64,000 nucleotides of DNA from an uncultured bacterium (lineage in GTDB: Bacteria; Patescibacteriota; Minisyncoccia; Phycocordibacterales; Zambryskibacteraceae), in contig CAWBLF010000003.1 of assembly GCA_963789635.1 (NCBI GenBank), positions 67,388-131,387 on the forward strand, in the 5' to 3' direction. Position 1 is the first letter of the stretch. Each line of letters opens with the position of its first letter. The notes beneath the pieces are model-generated. The model had not been told where the DNA came from. It was given only the letters and a program-made list of their open reading frames with translations, and did not search any database. Shown one piece after another: positions 1 to 11,227 of the stretch. The position numbers and the translations under genes are program-made.

Positions 1-1
1 T

Positions 2-175
2 CTTGCTGCTGGAGATGATGAAAAGAAGAAAGAGGGCCGAAATATCATGATTTGGGGAGTTGTCGCTTTGTTTGTCATGGTTTCAGTCTGGGGTCTAGTG
101 TCATTTATTGGTAACGCTCTTGGTATTGGTCAGGGCGCAACAATCAACTCTGTTCCTGGTGTAGGTGGAGTATAG
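2..175 (+). CDS. Pilin-like protein (TrbC/VirB2-type), 3' part; truncated by window edge
   Basis: Frame reads ...AAGDDEKKKEGRNIMIWGVVALFVMVSVWGLVSFIGNALG...*; this 'G..EK..EG...IIWG..GLF.M.SV.GI' pattern is shared with the next ORF. Confidence 0.7.
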   Translation, partial: LAAGDDEKKKEGRNIMIWGVVALFVMVSVWGLVSFIGNALGIGQGATINSVPGVGGV

Positions 176-184
176 TTCTATCAC

Positions 185-451
185 ATGTCGATTGATCCCT
201 TTCTCGGCAAAGTGGCGGAGGTTATTCTCAATCCTCTGATTGTGTTTGGTTTCTTTGTCGCGATGCTTTACTTTTTTTGGGGAATATTCAAGTTTGTCTT
301 GTCTTCCGGCAATCCGTCTGATCACGAAGAAGGTAAAAAAGCTATTTTATGGGGGCTCATCGGGATGTTTATTATGTTTTCAGTTTTTGGAATCATTCAC
401 ATTATTCTGAACACATTCGGCATTCCGATAACCGCTCAAGTTCAACAATAA
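185..451 (+). CDS. Pilin-like membrane protein (TrbC/VirB2-type), 88 aa
   Basis: Two hydrophobic helices joined by GNPSDHEEGKKAILWGLIGMFIM; tandem paralog of the upstream ORF. Confidence 0.7.
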   Translation: MSIDPFLGKVAEVILNPLIVFGFFVAMLYFFWGIFKFVLSSGNPSDHEEGKKAILWGLIGMFIMFSVFGIIHIILNTFGIPITAQVQQ

Positions 452-478
452 AAACACCCCGCACTGCGGGGTGTTTTT
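451..478 (+). terminator. Intrinsic terminator (probably bidirectional)
   Basis: AAAACACCCCGCA-C-TGCGGGGTGTTTT hairpin with T tract. Confidence 0.75.
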
Positions 479-589
479 ATTTTGAAGAAACTATATTGAA
501 TCTGGTATTAAGATATTTTTTGGCTTTATGTTTAAGAAAAGGCCGACTCGCGTATGCGAGTCGGCCTGGCTTTTCTCACGCGTGCACAG

Positions 590-1798
590 TTACGATATTC
601 CTCTGATTATCATCACTGTGCCCGCTTGTTTTGAGGAACAAAACCTCATCACGTCCACATGCTGGGGCAAAGTGGACTCCGTCCCCGTGACGGGTTTTAT
701 GACGTTTTCACTCTTTGCACAATCTTCACTACAAACTTCCTGTGTGCAAAGAGTGATATCCATCCCGTTTTGGGCGATGACTTTTGAGCCCTTTCCGTAC
801 ATGTAGACCGGTTGAGTCCACTTACCATCAGTCGTCGTGTTTACGACGACGGTGTCGATTTTGCCAGACATTATGGCGATTGCCTCCGCCTGGCGGGGAT
901 TGCTCTGTGGTGCAACTTCACCACCGCCCCTTCCCGATAACTCATGATCTCTCCAGCAAGGGGCTGAGCTGTTCCACGGAGTCGTACCCCTTTCATTGTA
1001 TAGCGCTTGCGCAACCTCCATGTTCCCGCGCAGGGTACTTATGTTTCGGCCCGACTGAGCGACGAAATCGCTGTTTGCGATTTCGTTTATCTGCATGACA
1101 CCGAGGTCGTGAGGGTTTACCTTCCCCCTCAAGACCTGAGTCCTTCCGAGATCCTCAAACTGTCTGAACCCCGACTCGCAGGCCGCGATTTCAACCAGTA
1201 TTGAGTCTTGCGGACTGACTGAGAAGAAAGCGATGACGCTGTCACGGTCCGGTCCGTGAAAATAATCCCTAGGGTTGCCACTGAAATGTCCCGGAACCGT
1301 ATTCCTGTATGGAACGACTGGTCTCGGAATCGGTTTGTGCTCGTATATTGCGTAGCCGATTCCGACTACCACAATCAAAACAAGCAAAACCATTGAGAAC
1401 CCCGAATTATCTTTCTTCGGGATTTTACGAGTGACAACAACTTCCTTCTTCTGTGGAGCTGGGTGCGCGGAACGGTCATCGTCTGAAACGGTTTTTTCTC
1501 TCCGTTTCGTCGCCGCCCAAATCAAAAAAAACATCAAAGCTATTCCGCCGGCCGTTGCAAAGATGATTCCCCATGGCAGCTTCAATCCAGAAACCCAATT
1601 GCCGGTTCTGATGATTGAGGTTGCCACAATGTAAATCATCCCCAGAGCAACGGTGAGAACAACCATTGCTCCGAAGGCCCTCTTCGGATGGGTGTTAATT
1701 TTTTTACCGAGCTTTTCGACTTCCGCCAACACGTATTGGAAACTCTTTTTGAAAAAAGTTTCCAAATTGATTTTCCAGCTATGCAGTAGCCCTTTCAT
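590..1798 (-). CDS. Membrane protein with lysozyme-like/transglycosylase domain
   Basis: Three TM segments, then IAACESGFRQF...GVMQIN...GNMEVAQALY..GTTPW.SS..CW (SLT/Rpf-like motifs). Confidence 0.6.
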   Translation of the reverse strand: MKGLLHSWKINLETFFKKSFQYVLAEVEKLGKKINTHPKRAFGAMVVLTVALGMIYIVATSIIRTGNWVSGLKLPWGIIFATAGGIALMFFLIWAATKRREKTVSDDDRSAHPAPQKKEVVVTRKIPKKDNSGFSMVLLVLIVVVGIGYAIYEHKPIPRPVVPYRNTVPGHFSGNPRDYFHGPDRDSVIAFFSVSPQDSILVEIAACESGFRQFEDLGRTQVLRGKVNPHDLGVMQINEIANSDFVAQSGRNISTLRGNMEVAQALYNERGTTPWNSSAPCWRDHELSGRGGGEVAPQSNPRQAEAIAIMSGKIDTVVVNTTTDGKWTQPVYMYGKGSKVIAQNGMDITLCTQEVCSEDCAKSENVIKPVTGTESTLPQHVDVMRFCSSKQAGTVMIIRGIS

Positions 1799-1948
1799 GC
1801 TACCCCCCGTATTTTGGACGATGGTTTTGTTCGAATCAAAGAACTTATATACTATTATAATTATAGCATGTTTAATACCGATTTGTCAAATAAAAAAGAA
1901 AGGCCAAACACATATGTGCTTGGCCTATCCGTAACTCGAACTAACTTT

Positions 1949-3160
1949 CTATTGCGATGGAACAGCGCTAGGTGCTGGTTTTTCTCTCAGAGCCCCTAGG
2001 TCAATGATTTGCCCATGATCTGCACCAAGGGTTAGCACCTGGATGTTGGTCTTTTCGATGGCTTCTGCCATACGAATTGCAGGTCCCCCGGGCGCCTTTG
2101 CTACCGGCAAAATCGCCCGTTTGACATAGTCGGCAGACACGTCATTTGCCAACAGACCGACAGCCCGGGCCGCTTCCCCCTCTATGACCTTGGTCTTTTT
2201 ATCCATTTCTGCCTGGAGAAGTTGAGCGGCAGTTTCGCCTCTCTTGGCGATAATTACCATTCTTCTTTCGGCTTGGGCTACCTGAACGCGAGCCTTCTGC
2301 TCGCGCTTGGTGCGCTCTGCAAGCTCAAATAGTGCGCGTTCTTTGGCGTTGACATCCAGGTGGTAAACCTCGGTGTCAAATATTGAGAGGCCGATTTGTT
2401 CCTCGGCTTCAGCAATGATACTGTCCACGGCCTTTGCTATCTTCTCTTTGACCTCTTGCTTGCCGGCAAGAATTTCTTCGGGTTTCATGGTTCCTGTGAT
2501 AGCCACTACTCTTGCATTAGCCATAATAGTAATTATGGCATTGGCATCGGCTACTCGCAGGACAGATCGGACAAAATAAGTCCGCTCCCATAGAAAATTG
2601 AGACCAATATCCACCGTGAAAGTTCCCTTGGCCTCCGCGCCTTTGATATCAACCGCAAGCGCTCCCGAAAAAAACGGAAATAGTGTGTCGTAGGTTCTGG
2701 ACTCTACCCCGTACACATCCTCGTCCTCACCTCTTTCATTTTTCCGAGTCGTTTTCGTATAGCGGAGTTCGTTGATAGTGCAGACTCGGATTTCTCTCCA
2801 CGGTCCAAGGAAAAAAGCTCCCCCAGTAATCCAGTGCCAGAAACCCCAATCTTCTTCACCCTCAATCATCTGCCAAGCCATCGGATCAGGGCTAATCTTT
2901 TTACGTTTCTTCCCTGGGATGCCGTGAATCAAATTAAATACTGGACCGCCACTTCTCACGACTGTGCCGGTGGCATTGTCGCGAACATTGGTGTTTTGTT
3001 TACCCACGACCAATGCTCCTGTATTTGCGGGGACAAACACCCACCACCTTTTGTCGGTGATGGAGTATTTCTCTGCTGAATGTCGGATCCAAAAAATTGC
3101 TCCAACAACCAGCCCTACCACAGTTAAAGTGGCGATGAGAATCGCAAAAATGTTGAGCAC
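1949..3160 (-). CDS. SPFH/band-7-like membrane protein
   Basis: N-terminal TM helix, SPFH-like core, Ala/Glu-rich coiled coil (AERTKREQKARVQVAQAE...EGEA). Confidence 0.55.
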   Translation of the reverse strand: MLNIFAILIATLTVVGLVVGAIFWIRHSAEKYSITDKRWWVFVPANTGALVVGKQNTNVRDNATGTVVRSGGPVFNLIHGIPGKKRKKISPDPMAWQMIEGEEDWGFWHWITGGAFFLGPWREIRVCTINELRYTKTTRKNERGEDEDVYGVESRTYDTLFPFFSGALAVDIKGAEAKGTFTVDIGLNFLWERTYFVRSVLRVADANAIITIMANARVVAITGTMKPEEILAGKQEVKEKIAKAVDSIIAEAEEQIGLSIFDTEVYHLDVNAKERALFELAERTKREQKARVQVAQAERRMVIIAKRGETAAQLLQAEMDKKTKVIEGEAARAVGLLANDVSADYVKRAILPVAKAPGGPAIRMAEAIEKTNIQVLTLGADHGQIIDLGALREKPAPSAVPSQ

Positions 3161-3298
3161 GGTAGTTCTCCTTACGATTTGAGTAAAAAAGTTAGTATGT
3201 TTAACGATCTAGTTCTGTTTGAATGCTATCACAAAATAACAAAAAAGTCAAATATGAAAATAGAGTAAATAACGCAAGTATGATAAAGTGTTTTCCAT

Positions 3299-3380
3299 GC
3301 TGGGGTGGCGGAATTGGTATACGCGCTAGTCTTAGGAACTAGTCCCGTAAGGGTTAGGAGTTCGAGTCTCCTCCCCAGCA
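3299..3380 (+). tRNA. tRNA-Leu(TAG)
   Basis: GCTGGGG/CCCCAGC acceptor stem, CTAGT-CT-TAG-GA-ACTAG anticodon arm, long variable arm, GTTCGAG T-loop. Confidence 0.95.
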
Positions 3381-3384
3381 CATA

Positions 3385-3545
3385 TTTCTGTCTTTGTGGT
3401 CACAGATAATAAAATTGCCGTCGCAATTTTATTTCTGCGACCCCGGCTCACCATAGCCAATTGCTATTGGCTATATGGTTGCGCCTCGCACAGAATCAGA
3501 AAATCCCGCGCAGGCGGGATGTTTCTGTATTCTGTGCGCCCACCT
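3385..3545. mobile_element. Miniature tRNA-associated element at tRNA-Lys 3' end
   Basis: GGTCACA...GCGACCC core hairpin shared with 21962 and 25021; CGCACAGAAT is inverted to ATTCTGTGCG at the tRNA end. Confidence 0.5.
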
Positions 3546-3607
3546 GGATTCGAACCAGGGACCATCTCCTTAAGAGGGAGTTGCTCTACCAACTGAGCTA
3601 TGGGCGC
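3535..3607 (-). tRNA. tRNA-Lys(CTT)
   Basis: Reverse complement GCGCCCATAGCTCAGTTGGTAGAGC...CTCC-CT-CTT-AA-GGAG...GGTTCGAATCC...GGGCGCA. Confidence 0.95.
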
Positions 3608-3633
3608 AAAAAATGAAACCAAAAATAAACAGG

Positions 3634-3715
3634 TGGGTCAGGAGGGAGTCGAACCCTCATCCGCATAGCGGATAACATTTTAAGTGTTACGTGTATACCA
3701 TTCCACCACTGACCC
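3634..3715 (-). tRNA. tRNA-Leu(TAA)
   Basis: Reverse complement GGGTCAG...TAACA-CT-TAA-AA-TGTTA, long variable arm, GGTTCGACTCC. Confidence 0.93.
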
Positions 3716-3716
3716 G

Positions 3717-3791
3717 TGGAGGCGTGGAGGGGAATCGAACCCCTGAATAAAGCTTTTGCAGAGCTTCGCCTTACCACTTGGCTACCACGCC
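3717..3791 (-). tRNA. tRNA-Cys(GCA)
   Basis: Reverse complement GGCGTGG...AAGCT-CT-GCA-AA-AGCTT...GGTTCGATTCC...CCACGCC-T-CCA. Confidence 0.95.
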
Positions 3792-3841
3792 CTATTTTTT
3801 CATCTAAAGTGCGGACGAGCGAACAGGGATTCAACTAAATA

Positions 3842-4174
3842 CTAGTCTGAATTTGATAGAAAATCAATTTTCTGGCGATTCTTTTCGCCAAGATCAAGAG
3901 CAAAAGAAATATCAGGCGCTCTGCCGATACGGGATTTTTCTCTGATAAACATTCTAAATTCTTTGCGTTTTCTTTTTAAAAAATCAGAAGCGGCTTCCTC
4001 CTGATTATCGGGTAGCACCGTAAAGAAAACGGTCCCGTATTTATTGTCCGGAGAAAGTTTACAGCCGGTCACTGTGATGAGGGAAGTGCGATTTGACTCT
4101 ATGCCGATGAATTCGGCTGCGAGATGAGCGATAAGCTCAGGCATTTTTTCGTTGTGGTAGCTTGTTTGTCTCAT
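3842..4174 (-). CDS. rbfA: Ribosome-binding factor A
   Basis: LITVTGCKLSPD...VFFTV...RAPDISFALD; directly downstream of infB. Confidence 0.9.
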   Translation of the reverse strand: MRQTSYHNEKMPELIAHLAAEFIGIESNRTSLITVTGCKLSPDNKYGTVFFTVLPDNQEEAASDFLKRKRKEFRMFIREKSRIGRAPDISFALDLGEKNRQKIDFLSNSD

Positions 4175-4183
4175 GGAGATAAT

Positions 4184-5683
4184 TTATTTTTGCGTCAGCG
4201 CAAAACATTCTATCTTGTCCCCAGGAGCAATTTCCATCTTGGATTCTATCATCGCGCCAAACTCTTTTCCTTCTTCGACACGTCCAATTTTATTCTTCTG
4301 CATTTGCAGTTCACGTATTCGTCCACGCCCGATTTCAGAATCTCGTCTCATAATTTTTATTTGTTCTCCGGAAACGATTTCTCCAGATTCCACACGCCCG
4401 CCGATAACCTGCTTGTCTTTATTTTTTGAAAAAAATTTGAGAATTTTGGCCGTACCTTTGGTTTCCTCGGATTCCACTCTGGGTGTTTGCTCTTTTAGAG
4501 TTTCTTCAAGCCATTCGGTGAGTTTGTATATGATGTCAAAGGTGTGAACCGTGATGCCGGAACGTAAGGCCAGACTTTCCGCTTTGGGGTCGCTTTGTAC
4601 ATGAAAACCAATGACCAATGCGTTGCCCGAAGTTTGCGATGTCCGAATATCGTTTTCAGAAATAGGTCCTAGTCCAGACAATACAATTTTGGGAATTATT
4701 CTTTCATTTTCCAACTTTTCGATTTCGTAGACAAGAGCATCAAGACTTCCGGATGTGTCGGTCTTGAGAATGATTGGTACGGTATGTTTTTCACCCTCGC
4801 TTTCTGTCTTTGGAGTTTGTAATGATGGGGTGTCTTTAAATTTGGCTACAATTGCAAGAGCCTCTTTCTTGTTTTTGACACAAACAAAACGTTCTCCGAC
4901 CGAAGGTGGTGTGTCCCAGCCGATAATGCGTACAGGGCTCGAGAATACGGCATTTTCAATTGGTTTGCCTTGAAAGTCTTCCACGATTCTAAGCGGTGAA
5001 ATACTTTTACCGCATACAGCAAATTCGCCTCGTCTCAATGTTCCATCTTTGATTATGGCTGTTGCGGTGATGCCTTTTCTAGCATCCATGTTGCTTTCAA
5101 TAATAATCCCTTCAGCCGGTAAGGCCGTGTTACCGGTCAATTCAAGCATTTCCGCAGATAAAATGATGAGATCCAATAGTTCCGATACACCCTCTCCGGT
5201 TTTGGCGGAAATAGCGGCCCACGGAATATCACCACCAAATCCTTCCACATACATGTCGTTTTCAGCTAAATTTTGTTTTGTTCTTTCCACGTTTGCTTCC
5301 GGTCTATCAATTTTATTTATAGCAATTACAAACGGCACTTTGTCCTTACGAAGTACTTTTAGCGCTTCTAGAGTTTGTGGTTTGACTCCGTCTTCGGCTG
5401 AAACAACCAAGACACCAATATCGGCAACTTTTGCCCCACGGATACGAATTGCTCCAAAAGCTTCATGTCCTGGCGTGTCCAAAAAAGTAATCTTGTGTTC
5501 GCGGCCGTCTTTGCCTTCGTGAACCACTTCATAAGCCGAAAGATGCTGGGTGATACCTCCCGCTTCTCCATCAACTACATTGCTTTTTCGGATAGAATCC
5601 AAAAGGGTGGATTTGCCGTGGTCAATGTGGCCCATAATCGTGACGACTGGTGGGCGTTCTGTTTTTTCTCCTTTGGATTGCAT
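4184..5683 (-). CDS. infB: Translation initiation factor IF-2 (short form, no N-terminal extension)
   Basis: [40 protein letters not shown]. Confidence 0.97.
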   Translation of the reverse strand: MQSKGEKTERPPVVTIMGHIDHGKSTLLDSIRKSNVVDGEAGGITQHLSAYEVVHEGKDGREHKITFLDTPGHEAFGAIRIRGAKVADIGVLVVSAEDGVKPQTLEALKVLRKDKVPFVIAINKIDRPEANVERTKQNLAENDMYVEGFGGDIPWAAISAKTGEGVSELLDLIILSAEMLELTGNTALPAEGIIIESNMDARKGITATAIIKDGTLRRGEFAVCGKSISPLRIVEDFQGKPIENAVFSSPVRIIGWDTPPSVGERFVCVKNKKEALAIVAKFKDTPSLQTPKTESEGEKHTVPIILKTDTSGSLDALVYEIEKLENERIIPKIVLSGLGPISENDIRTSQTSGNALVIGFHVQSDPKAESLALRSGITVHTFDIIYKLTEWLEETLKEQTPRVESEETKGTAKILKFFSKNKDKQVIGGRVESGEIVSGEQIKIMRRDSEIGRGRIRELQMQKNKIGRVEEGKEFGAMIESKMEIAPGDKIECFALTQK

Positions 5684-5688
5684 AATAA

Positions 5689-6213
5689 TTATGTCGACTT
5701 GTGAGCCAAAGATTCTTTAGCCTGATTTAATACGGTTTTTTCTTCGGTAGTCGTTTCAAATTCAGCTTGAAATTTTTTTACCGGTTTGGAGAAGACGCTT
5801 ACGTGGTCGCGTGAGTAAAGAGAGGAGATTACTACGCCGTCACCTTTTTCGTTCATAAACGCGGTAGAAAAACTTTGATTGCCTCCAGAGCCGGTACCCT
5901 TGAACGGATTGAATCGTATGGTCTCAACTGCCTGAAGACTTCGTCTGAGACGCGCTTCAATGTTTTTTAGATAATCAATAGAATCAATTTTGAATTTCTC
6001 ATGATCTTCAATTTCCCTGGTCATTGCGATAATGGAATCTTCCAAACTTTTGCCGTCTTTACCGGTCATAAACCTCTTTAGACGTATTTCCAGATAAATT
6101 ACCCAGATGAGAAGAACGACCACCACGGAAAAAAGTATATAGACGACTATTGGCAGGCTTATATTTTGGAGGAATGAAAATTGCATATAAGTGGAATAAG
6201 TGGCGTTTAGCAT
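5689..6213 (-). CDS. DUF4446-like membrane-anchored protein
   Basis: N-terminal TM helix; [31 protein letters not shown] motif. Confidence 0.7.
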   Translation of the reverse strand: MLNATYSTYMQFSFLQNISLPIVVYILFSVVVVLLIWVIYLEIRLKRFMTGKDGKSLEDSIIAMTREIEDHEKFKIDSIDYLKNIEARLRRSLQAVETIRFNPFKGTGSGGNQSFSTAFMNEKGDGVVISSLYSRDHVSVFSKPVKKFQAEFETTTEEKTVLNQAKESLAHKST

Positions 6214-6320
6214 AGCAAAAATTGACGTTTATGCAAAGTAGTCAAAGCGATCATGCTTTCGGTCGGTAAAAAATTTCCAGAGCTTTATGTTTGAAGTTTA
6301 AAATGCTATAACAAGCGCTT

Positions 6321-7547
6321 ATGAAAGACGGCAAAAAATTATCAAAACTTTCGAACAAAAGTCCGAGAAAAGCGTCAAGACGAGTATATCTTGATTATGC
6401 TTCCACGACACCGATTGATAAGTCGGTTCTTAGAGAAATGAAACCATTTTTGGATGAACATTTTGAGAACCCATCTTCTTTATACAAAGAAGGCGTGGAA
6501 AATAACAAAATAATTATAAATGCGCGCGCAGGGGTTGCTCGTAGTCTTCATGCTCTTCCCGATGAAATAGTTTTTACCGGAAGTGGAACAGAGGCGGACA
6601 ACCTTGCTATTTTGGGAGTGGTAAAAGCTTCATTCAAGCTTATCAAAAAGCCACATATTGTTATTTCTGCCATTGAACACCCGGCAATTATTGAGTTGCA
6701 AAATGAAATAAAGCGAATGGGGGCTATGATTAGTGTCGTATACCCGAAAACAAATGGAATTATTGAACCGAAAGAGATTCAAAAAAATTTGAGGCAAAAT
6801 ACTGTGCTGGTATCCGTCATGTATGCCAATAACGAAATCGGGACCATTCAACCAATAAAAGAAGTTTCAAAAGTAATTCGTTTTTACAGAAAGCAAAAGG
6901 CAAAAGATTCACAATTACCTTATTTTCACACTGATGCCAGTCAGGCGGCTAATTATTGTTCGCTCAACGTATCGGAACTCGGAGTGGACCTTTTGACTAT
7001 AGATGGTTCCAAAATATATGGTCCAAAAGGTATAGGGGTGTTGTATATAAGGCGAAATACCGCTATAGAGCCCATTATATTTGGTGGTGGGCAGGAGAGG
7101 GGAATGCGTTCTGGCACAGAAAATTTGGCGCTCATTGTCGGTTTTGCAAAAGCTCTTGATCTTGTAAATAAATCTCGTGTCAAAGAATCGGCGCGCCTGA
7201 CTATACTAAGAGATTGGGCTATTAAAGAAATTCTTAAGAAATTTCCAGAAGCAACTTTGAATGGCGATTTGAAATTGCGTTTGCCAAATAATATAAATAT
7301 TTGCTTTCCTCAGTTAGACAGCGAGTACGCGGTAATTAAGGCAGATGCGTTTGGTGTATTGATATCGGCTGCTAGTTCATGCCGCACTTTATCGGAGAAT
7401 ACCACTTCTTATGTTTTGGAAAATATTGGTTCTATCGAATGCGCCGGGTCCAGTCTTAGGTTTACCTTAGGTCGAGACACAACGATGACGGAAATAAAAA
7501 TTTTACTGAAATTACTTCCTAAAATTGTACTTAATTATAATTTTTAA
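6321..7547 (+). CDS. iscS: Cysteine desulfurase (IscS/NifS family)
   Basis: YLDYASTTP, NPSS, FTGSGTEADN, HTDASQA, SKIYGPKG, RSGTEN, catalytic SSC. Confidence 0.9.
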   Translation: MKDGKKLSKLSNKSPRKASRRVYLDYASTTPIDKSVLREMKPFLDEHFENPSSLYKEGVENNKIIINARAGVARSLHALPDEIVFTGSGTEADNLAILGVVKASFKLIKKPHIVISAIEHPAIIELQNEIKRMGAMISVVYPKTNGIIEPKEIQKNLRQNTVLVSVMYANNEIGTIQPIKEVSKVIRFYRKQKAKDSQLPYFHTDASQAANYCSLNVSELGVDLLTIDGSKIYGPKGIGVLYIRRNTAIEPIIFGGGQERGMRSGTENLALIVGFAKALDLVNKSRVKESARLTILRDWAIKEILKKFPEATLNGDLKLRLPNNINICFPQLDSEYAVIKADAFGVLISAASSCRTLSENTTSYVLENIGSIECAGSSLRFTLGRDTTMTEIKILLKLLPKIVLNYNF

Positions 7548-7596
7548 TTTATTTTTTGATTCTTGATTATTGCCATTTTTTTGTTATTATTTACTT

Positions 7597-8409
7597 ATGT
7601 TAGATCAACTCAATAAACACCAGATAATACTGTTGACACTACTCATTAGCTTCGTGACATCCATTGCCACAGGCATTATTACTTTTTCTTTGCTACAGCA
7701 GGCTCCTCCTCTCGTCACACAAACTATCAATCGCGTAGTGGAACAAACTATCCAACAGGTCACTACACCATCGGATTCAGGTGCAAAGACCGTGAAGGAG
7801 ACAACCGTGGTGGTCAAAGAAGATGACCAAGTGGTTAATGCAATCTCCCAAAATACTCCGAGCGTTGTCCGAGTTTCAGACAACACCACAACCCCGGACC
7901 CGTTCTATTCTCTCGGTGTTGTTCTTACAAAAGACGGACTAATCATTGTTCCTGCTCGTAGCACCTTTAATGCGGGATACACATATTATGCGAAGTTTTC
8001 CGACGGGACCAACCAAACCCTGAAATACCTTGGTCAAGACATCACAAACAAAGTACTTTATTTCAAAGTCGTGCCAAGCACTGGAAACACTTTCTCCGGT
8101 ACCCCTGTTACAGTGGAAAGCGGTCTAGTCAAACTTGGTCAAACAGTCATTTTGATTGAGGGCGAAGCAAACGACATTGTGTCAGTGGGACATATATCAG
8201 CGTACAATTACACAGACCCGACAAACCACAATACCCAAAACGGGGTGGAGACAGATCTCACACCCAAAACTGCAGTATTGGGGAGCCCGCTTTTCAATCT
8301 AACGGGAGAATTTGTGGGATTCCGTATTTCTGATACGACATCTACAGGTGACCCAATTTTCCTTTCTCCCGAAATTATCGCCAGTTCGACCGCGCAGTAT
8401 TCAAAATAG
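7597..8409 (+). CDS. Membrane-anchored trypsin/HtrA-like protein, catalytic triad apparently degenerate
   Basis: TM helix; PSVVRV...GVVLTKDGLI...GSPLFNLTGEFVG fold signature, but no TNAH or GNSGG. Confidence 0.6.
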   Translation: MLDQLNKHQIILLTLLISFVTSIATGIITFSLLQQAPPLVTQTINRVVEQTIQQVTTPSDSGAKTVKETTVVVKEDDQVVNAISQNTPSVVRVSDNTTTPDPFYSLGVVLTKDGLIIVPARSTFNAGYTYYAKFSDGTNQTLKYLGQDITNKVLYFKVVPSTGNTFSGTPVTVESGLVKLGQTVILIEGEANDIVSVGHISAYNYTDPTNHNTQNGVETDLTPKTAVLGSPLFNLTGEFVGFRISDTTSTGDPIFLSPEIIASSTAQYSK

Positions 8410-8485
8410 GGCCTGAATAGGGCCTGAAAGCACAATGCACCAATTGTTTGCCACGAACGTATAATCGTTATATATTACACACCCA

Positions 8486-11188
8486 ATGCCACCACCATTT
8501 AGCCAATTTACCACCAAAGCCAAGGAAGTCATCCGCAAAGCGCATGAACTGGCCATAGAACGCGGGCAAAATCACGTAAGCCCTATGCACCTTTTGGCTG
8601 CCCTCATTCTCCAAGACGAAAGCATGGTTTCTTCTATTTTGGACCGTCTTGATATAGACACGATTTTGCTCACTGATTCTCTCTTGGAGTCTATTGAGTC
8701 GCCGGATGCCGGTGGCACAATGTCACCTTCGTACCAAATTTATCTTACGCCGGAACTGGCGCAGATTATCGACAGCAGTATGAAAGTGGCTCAGAACTTG
8801 GGAGATGAATTTGTTTCAACTGAGCATCTTTTTCTTTCGGTCATTGATACACCAGGAGTCGCTCACGATTTGCTCGCCCGATTTAAGATTGATCGCGCAA
8901 CAGTGGTGCGTTTGATTGAAGAACTCAAGACGACAAAATCTCATGATGTCAAAGAACCAAAAAAGTTTAAATCAATTCTCAAATATACACGGTCACTCAC
9001 CAAACTGGCGTCGCAGAACAAACTTGACCCAGTCATCGGTCGAGAGAATGAAATTTCACGCATAATTCAAATCCTTTCCCGTCGCACCAAAAACAACCCT
9101 ATACTTATAGGTGAAGCCGGTGTGGGCAAAACGGCAATTGTGGAAGGTCTTGCAATCAAGATCGCAAACGGAAGCGTGCCGGAAAGCCTGCGTGACAAAG
9201 AGCTTGTTTCATTGGATTTGGGAATGCTCATTGCCGGGACAAAATATCGCGGAGAGTTTGAAGAGCGATTGAAAAATATTTTGAAGGAAATTGAGCGCTC
9301 GGAGGGCAAAATTATTCTTTTCATTGATGAAATCCATACGATCGTGGGCGCGGGAGCCGCAGACGGAGCTATGGACGCGTCAAATATGCTTAAGCCGGCA
9401 CTTTCACGAGGAGAATTGCGAGCGATAGGGGCAACTACTTTGAAAGAATATCAAAAACACATTGAAAAGGACCCGGCTCTTACTCGTCGTTTTCAGCCTG
9501 TATATGTCAACGAACCATCGCAAGATGATGCCGTCACTATTCTTCGTGGTTTAAAAGAAAAATATGAGCTCTACCACGGAGTACGTATAACAGATGATGC
9601 CATTGTGGCGGCAGTAAACTTCTCTTCACGATATATCACGGATCGTTTTTTGCCTGACAAAGCGGTGGACTTGATAGACGAAGCGGCTTCTCATTTGAAA
9701 ATTTCTCTGGAAAATATGCCACCCATACTTGAGGAAACTCATGCCAAGATTATGAAACTTGAAATTGAAAAAGAAGCGTTGAAAAAAGAAGCCAACGGGG
9801 GTAAAAATTCCAAAGTTAAGGCGCGAGTCAAAGAAATCACGGAAGCGATAGCGGATTTGAAGGAAAAAACTTCCGAGATTGAATTAAAGTGGAAAAACGA
9901 AAAAGAAACGGTAAACGGCATCAAGTCGGCCAAAAAGGATTTGGAAAAATTGCGTTTGGAAGCCGAATCTGCCGAAGCTCGGGCCGATCTTTCTCTGGCT
10001 GCTGAAATTCGTTATGGCAAGATTCCTACAATAGAACGAGAGCTTGACCAAAAGAGTAAGAGGCTAAAGCGTTTGCAAAGTTCTCGCAGAATTCTCAAAG
10101 AAGAGATCACTGAGTCGGACATCGCCGATGTGGTGGCGCGCTGGACAGGTATTCCCGTATCAAGGATGCTTGAAGAAGAAGCAGAAAAACTTTCGCGTAT
10201 GGAAGAATTTCTCAAGAAAAGAATTGTCGGTCAAGACGAAGCGGTTCAGAAAATTTCAGATACAGTCAAGCGATCCCGAGCCGGCATATCGGACCCGAAT
10301 CGACCCATCGGTTCATTTATCTTTCTCGGTCCGACCGGAGTGGGCAAGACTGAGCTGACCAAAGCTCTTGCTGAATTTATGTTTGATGATGAAAAAGCGC
10401 TCATTCGCGTCGATATGTCCGAATTTATGGAACGTCATGCCGTGTCAAAACTTATCGGCGCGCCACCTGGATATGTAGGACACGATGAAGCGGGGACGTT
10501 TACGGAGCTCGTCCGTCATCGACCCTACTCGGTCATACTTTTTGATGAAATAGAAAAGGCGCATCCCGATGTCTTTAATATTCTATTGCAAGTTCTGGAC
10601 AACGGTCGTCTGACCGACTCAAAGGGCAGGGTGGTGAACTTCAAAAATACGGTGGTTATTTTGACATCAAATATTGGAGCCCAATACATAGATAAAATGG
10701 AAAAAATCGGTTTTGCTGAAAAGAGTGAAGCAAAACAAAACTACGAAGAGGCAAAACAAAAAGTGATGGAAGCGCTAAAAGACAGTTTCCGTCCGGAATT
10801 TCTTAACCGTTTGGATGATATTATTCTCTTTAATATTCTTTCACCGGAAGCTGTGGAGGATATAGTGAGAATCCAAGTTGAGCTGGTAATGAAGCGACTG
10901 GCAGAAAAGGAAATTACCCTAGAAGTTTCAAAAACCGCATACGAATTTTTGGCCAAGGAAGGATATAATCCCCAATACGGAGCCAGACCACTCAAGCGCC
11001 TTATCCAAAACAAAATTCTTACACCTGTCGCCGGTATGATGATTTCCAAAGGAGTATTGAAAGGAGGAACCGTTACCGTCGATGTGAAAAACGGAGAGTT
11101 TGTTTTTGATGTTAAGAAAGGAAAAAAGGGAAGTCTTTGGGTGGAAAATCTGACTGAAAGGAAAGAAAAAACCGGAAAATCCAAATAA
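8486..11188 (+). CDS. clpB: ATP-dependent chaperone ClpB
   Basis: Clp-N repeats, GEAGVGKT and GPTGVGKT Walker A, FIDEIH, middle coiled coil, GYVG pore loop, GARPL. Confidence 0.95.
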   Translation: MPPPFSQFTTKAKEVIRKAHELAIERGQNHVSPMHLLAALILQDESMVSSILDRLDIDTILLTDSLLESIESPDAGGTMSPSYQIYLTPELAQIIDSSMKVAQNLGDEFVSTEHLFLSVIDTPGVAHDLLARFKIDRATVVRLIEELKTTKSHDVKEPKKFKSILKYTRSLTKLASQNKLDPVIGRENEISRIIQILSRRTKNNPILIGEAGVGKTAIVEGLAIKIANGSVPESLRDKELVSLDLGMLIAGTKYRGEFEERLKNILKEIERSEGKIILFIDEIHTIVGAGAADGAMDASNMLKPALSRGELRAIGATTLKEYQKHIEKDPALTRRFQPVYVNEPSQDDAVTILRGLKEKYELYHGVRITDDAIVAAVNFSSRYITDRFLPDKAVDLIDEAASHLKISLENMPPILEETHAKIMKLEIEKEALKKEANGGKNSKVKARVKEITEAIADLKEKTSEIELKWKNEKETVNGIKSAKKDLEKLRLEAESAEARADLSLAAEIRYGKIPTIERELDQKSKRLKRLQSSRRILKEEITESDIADVVARWTGIPVSRMLEEEAEKLSRMEEFLKKRIVGQDEAVQKISDTVKRSRAGISDPNRPIGSFIFLGPTGVGKTELTKALAEFMFDDEKALIRVDMSEFMERHAVSKLIGAPPGYVGHDEAGTFTELVRHRPYSVILFDEIEKAHPDVFNILLQVLDNGRLTDSKGRVVNFKNTVVILTSNIGAQYIDKMEKIGFAEKSEAKQNYEEAKQKVMEALKDSFRPEFLNRLDDIILFNILSPEAVEDIVRIQVELVMKRLAEKEITLEVSKTAYEFLAKEGYNPQYGARPLKRLIQNKILTPVAGMMISKGVLKGGTVTVDVKNGEFVFDVKKGKKGSLWVENLTERKEKTGKSK

Positions 11189-11227
11189 CGCTTGAAAAAA
11201 AGCCATTTTTCGTTAAAATGAGTGGCG

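Noticed and set aside
3396-3834. Short ORFs overlapping the tRNA cluster (also 11401-11661, 13524-13880, 21908-22255)
   Set aside because: They overlap tRNA genes and repeat elements; shadow ORFs.
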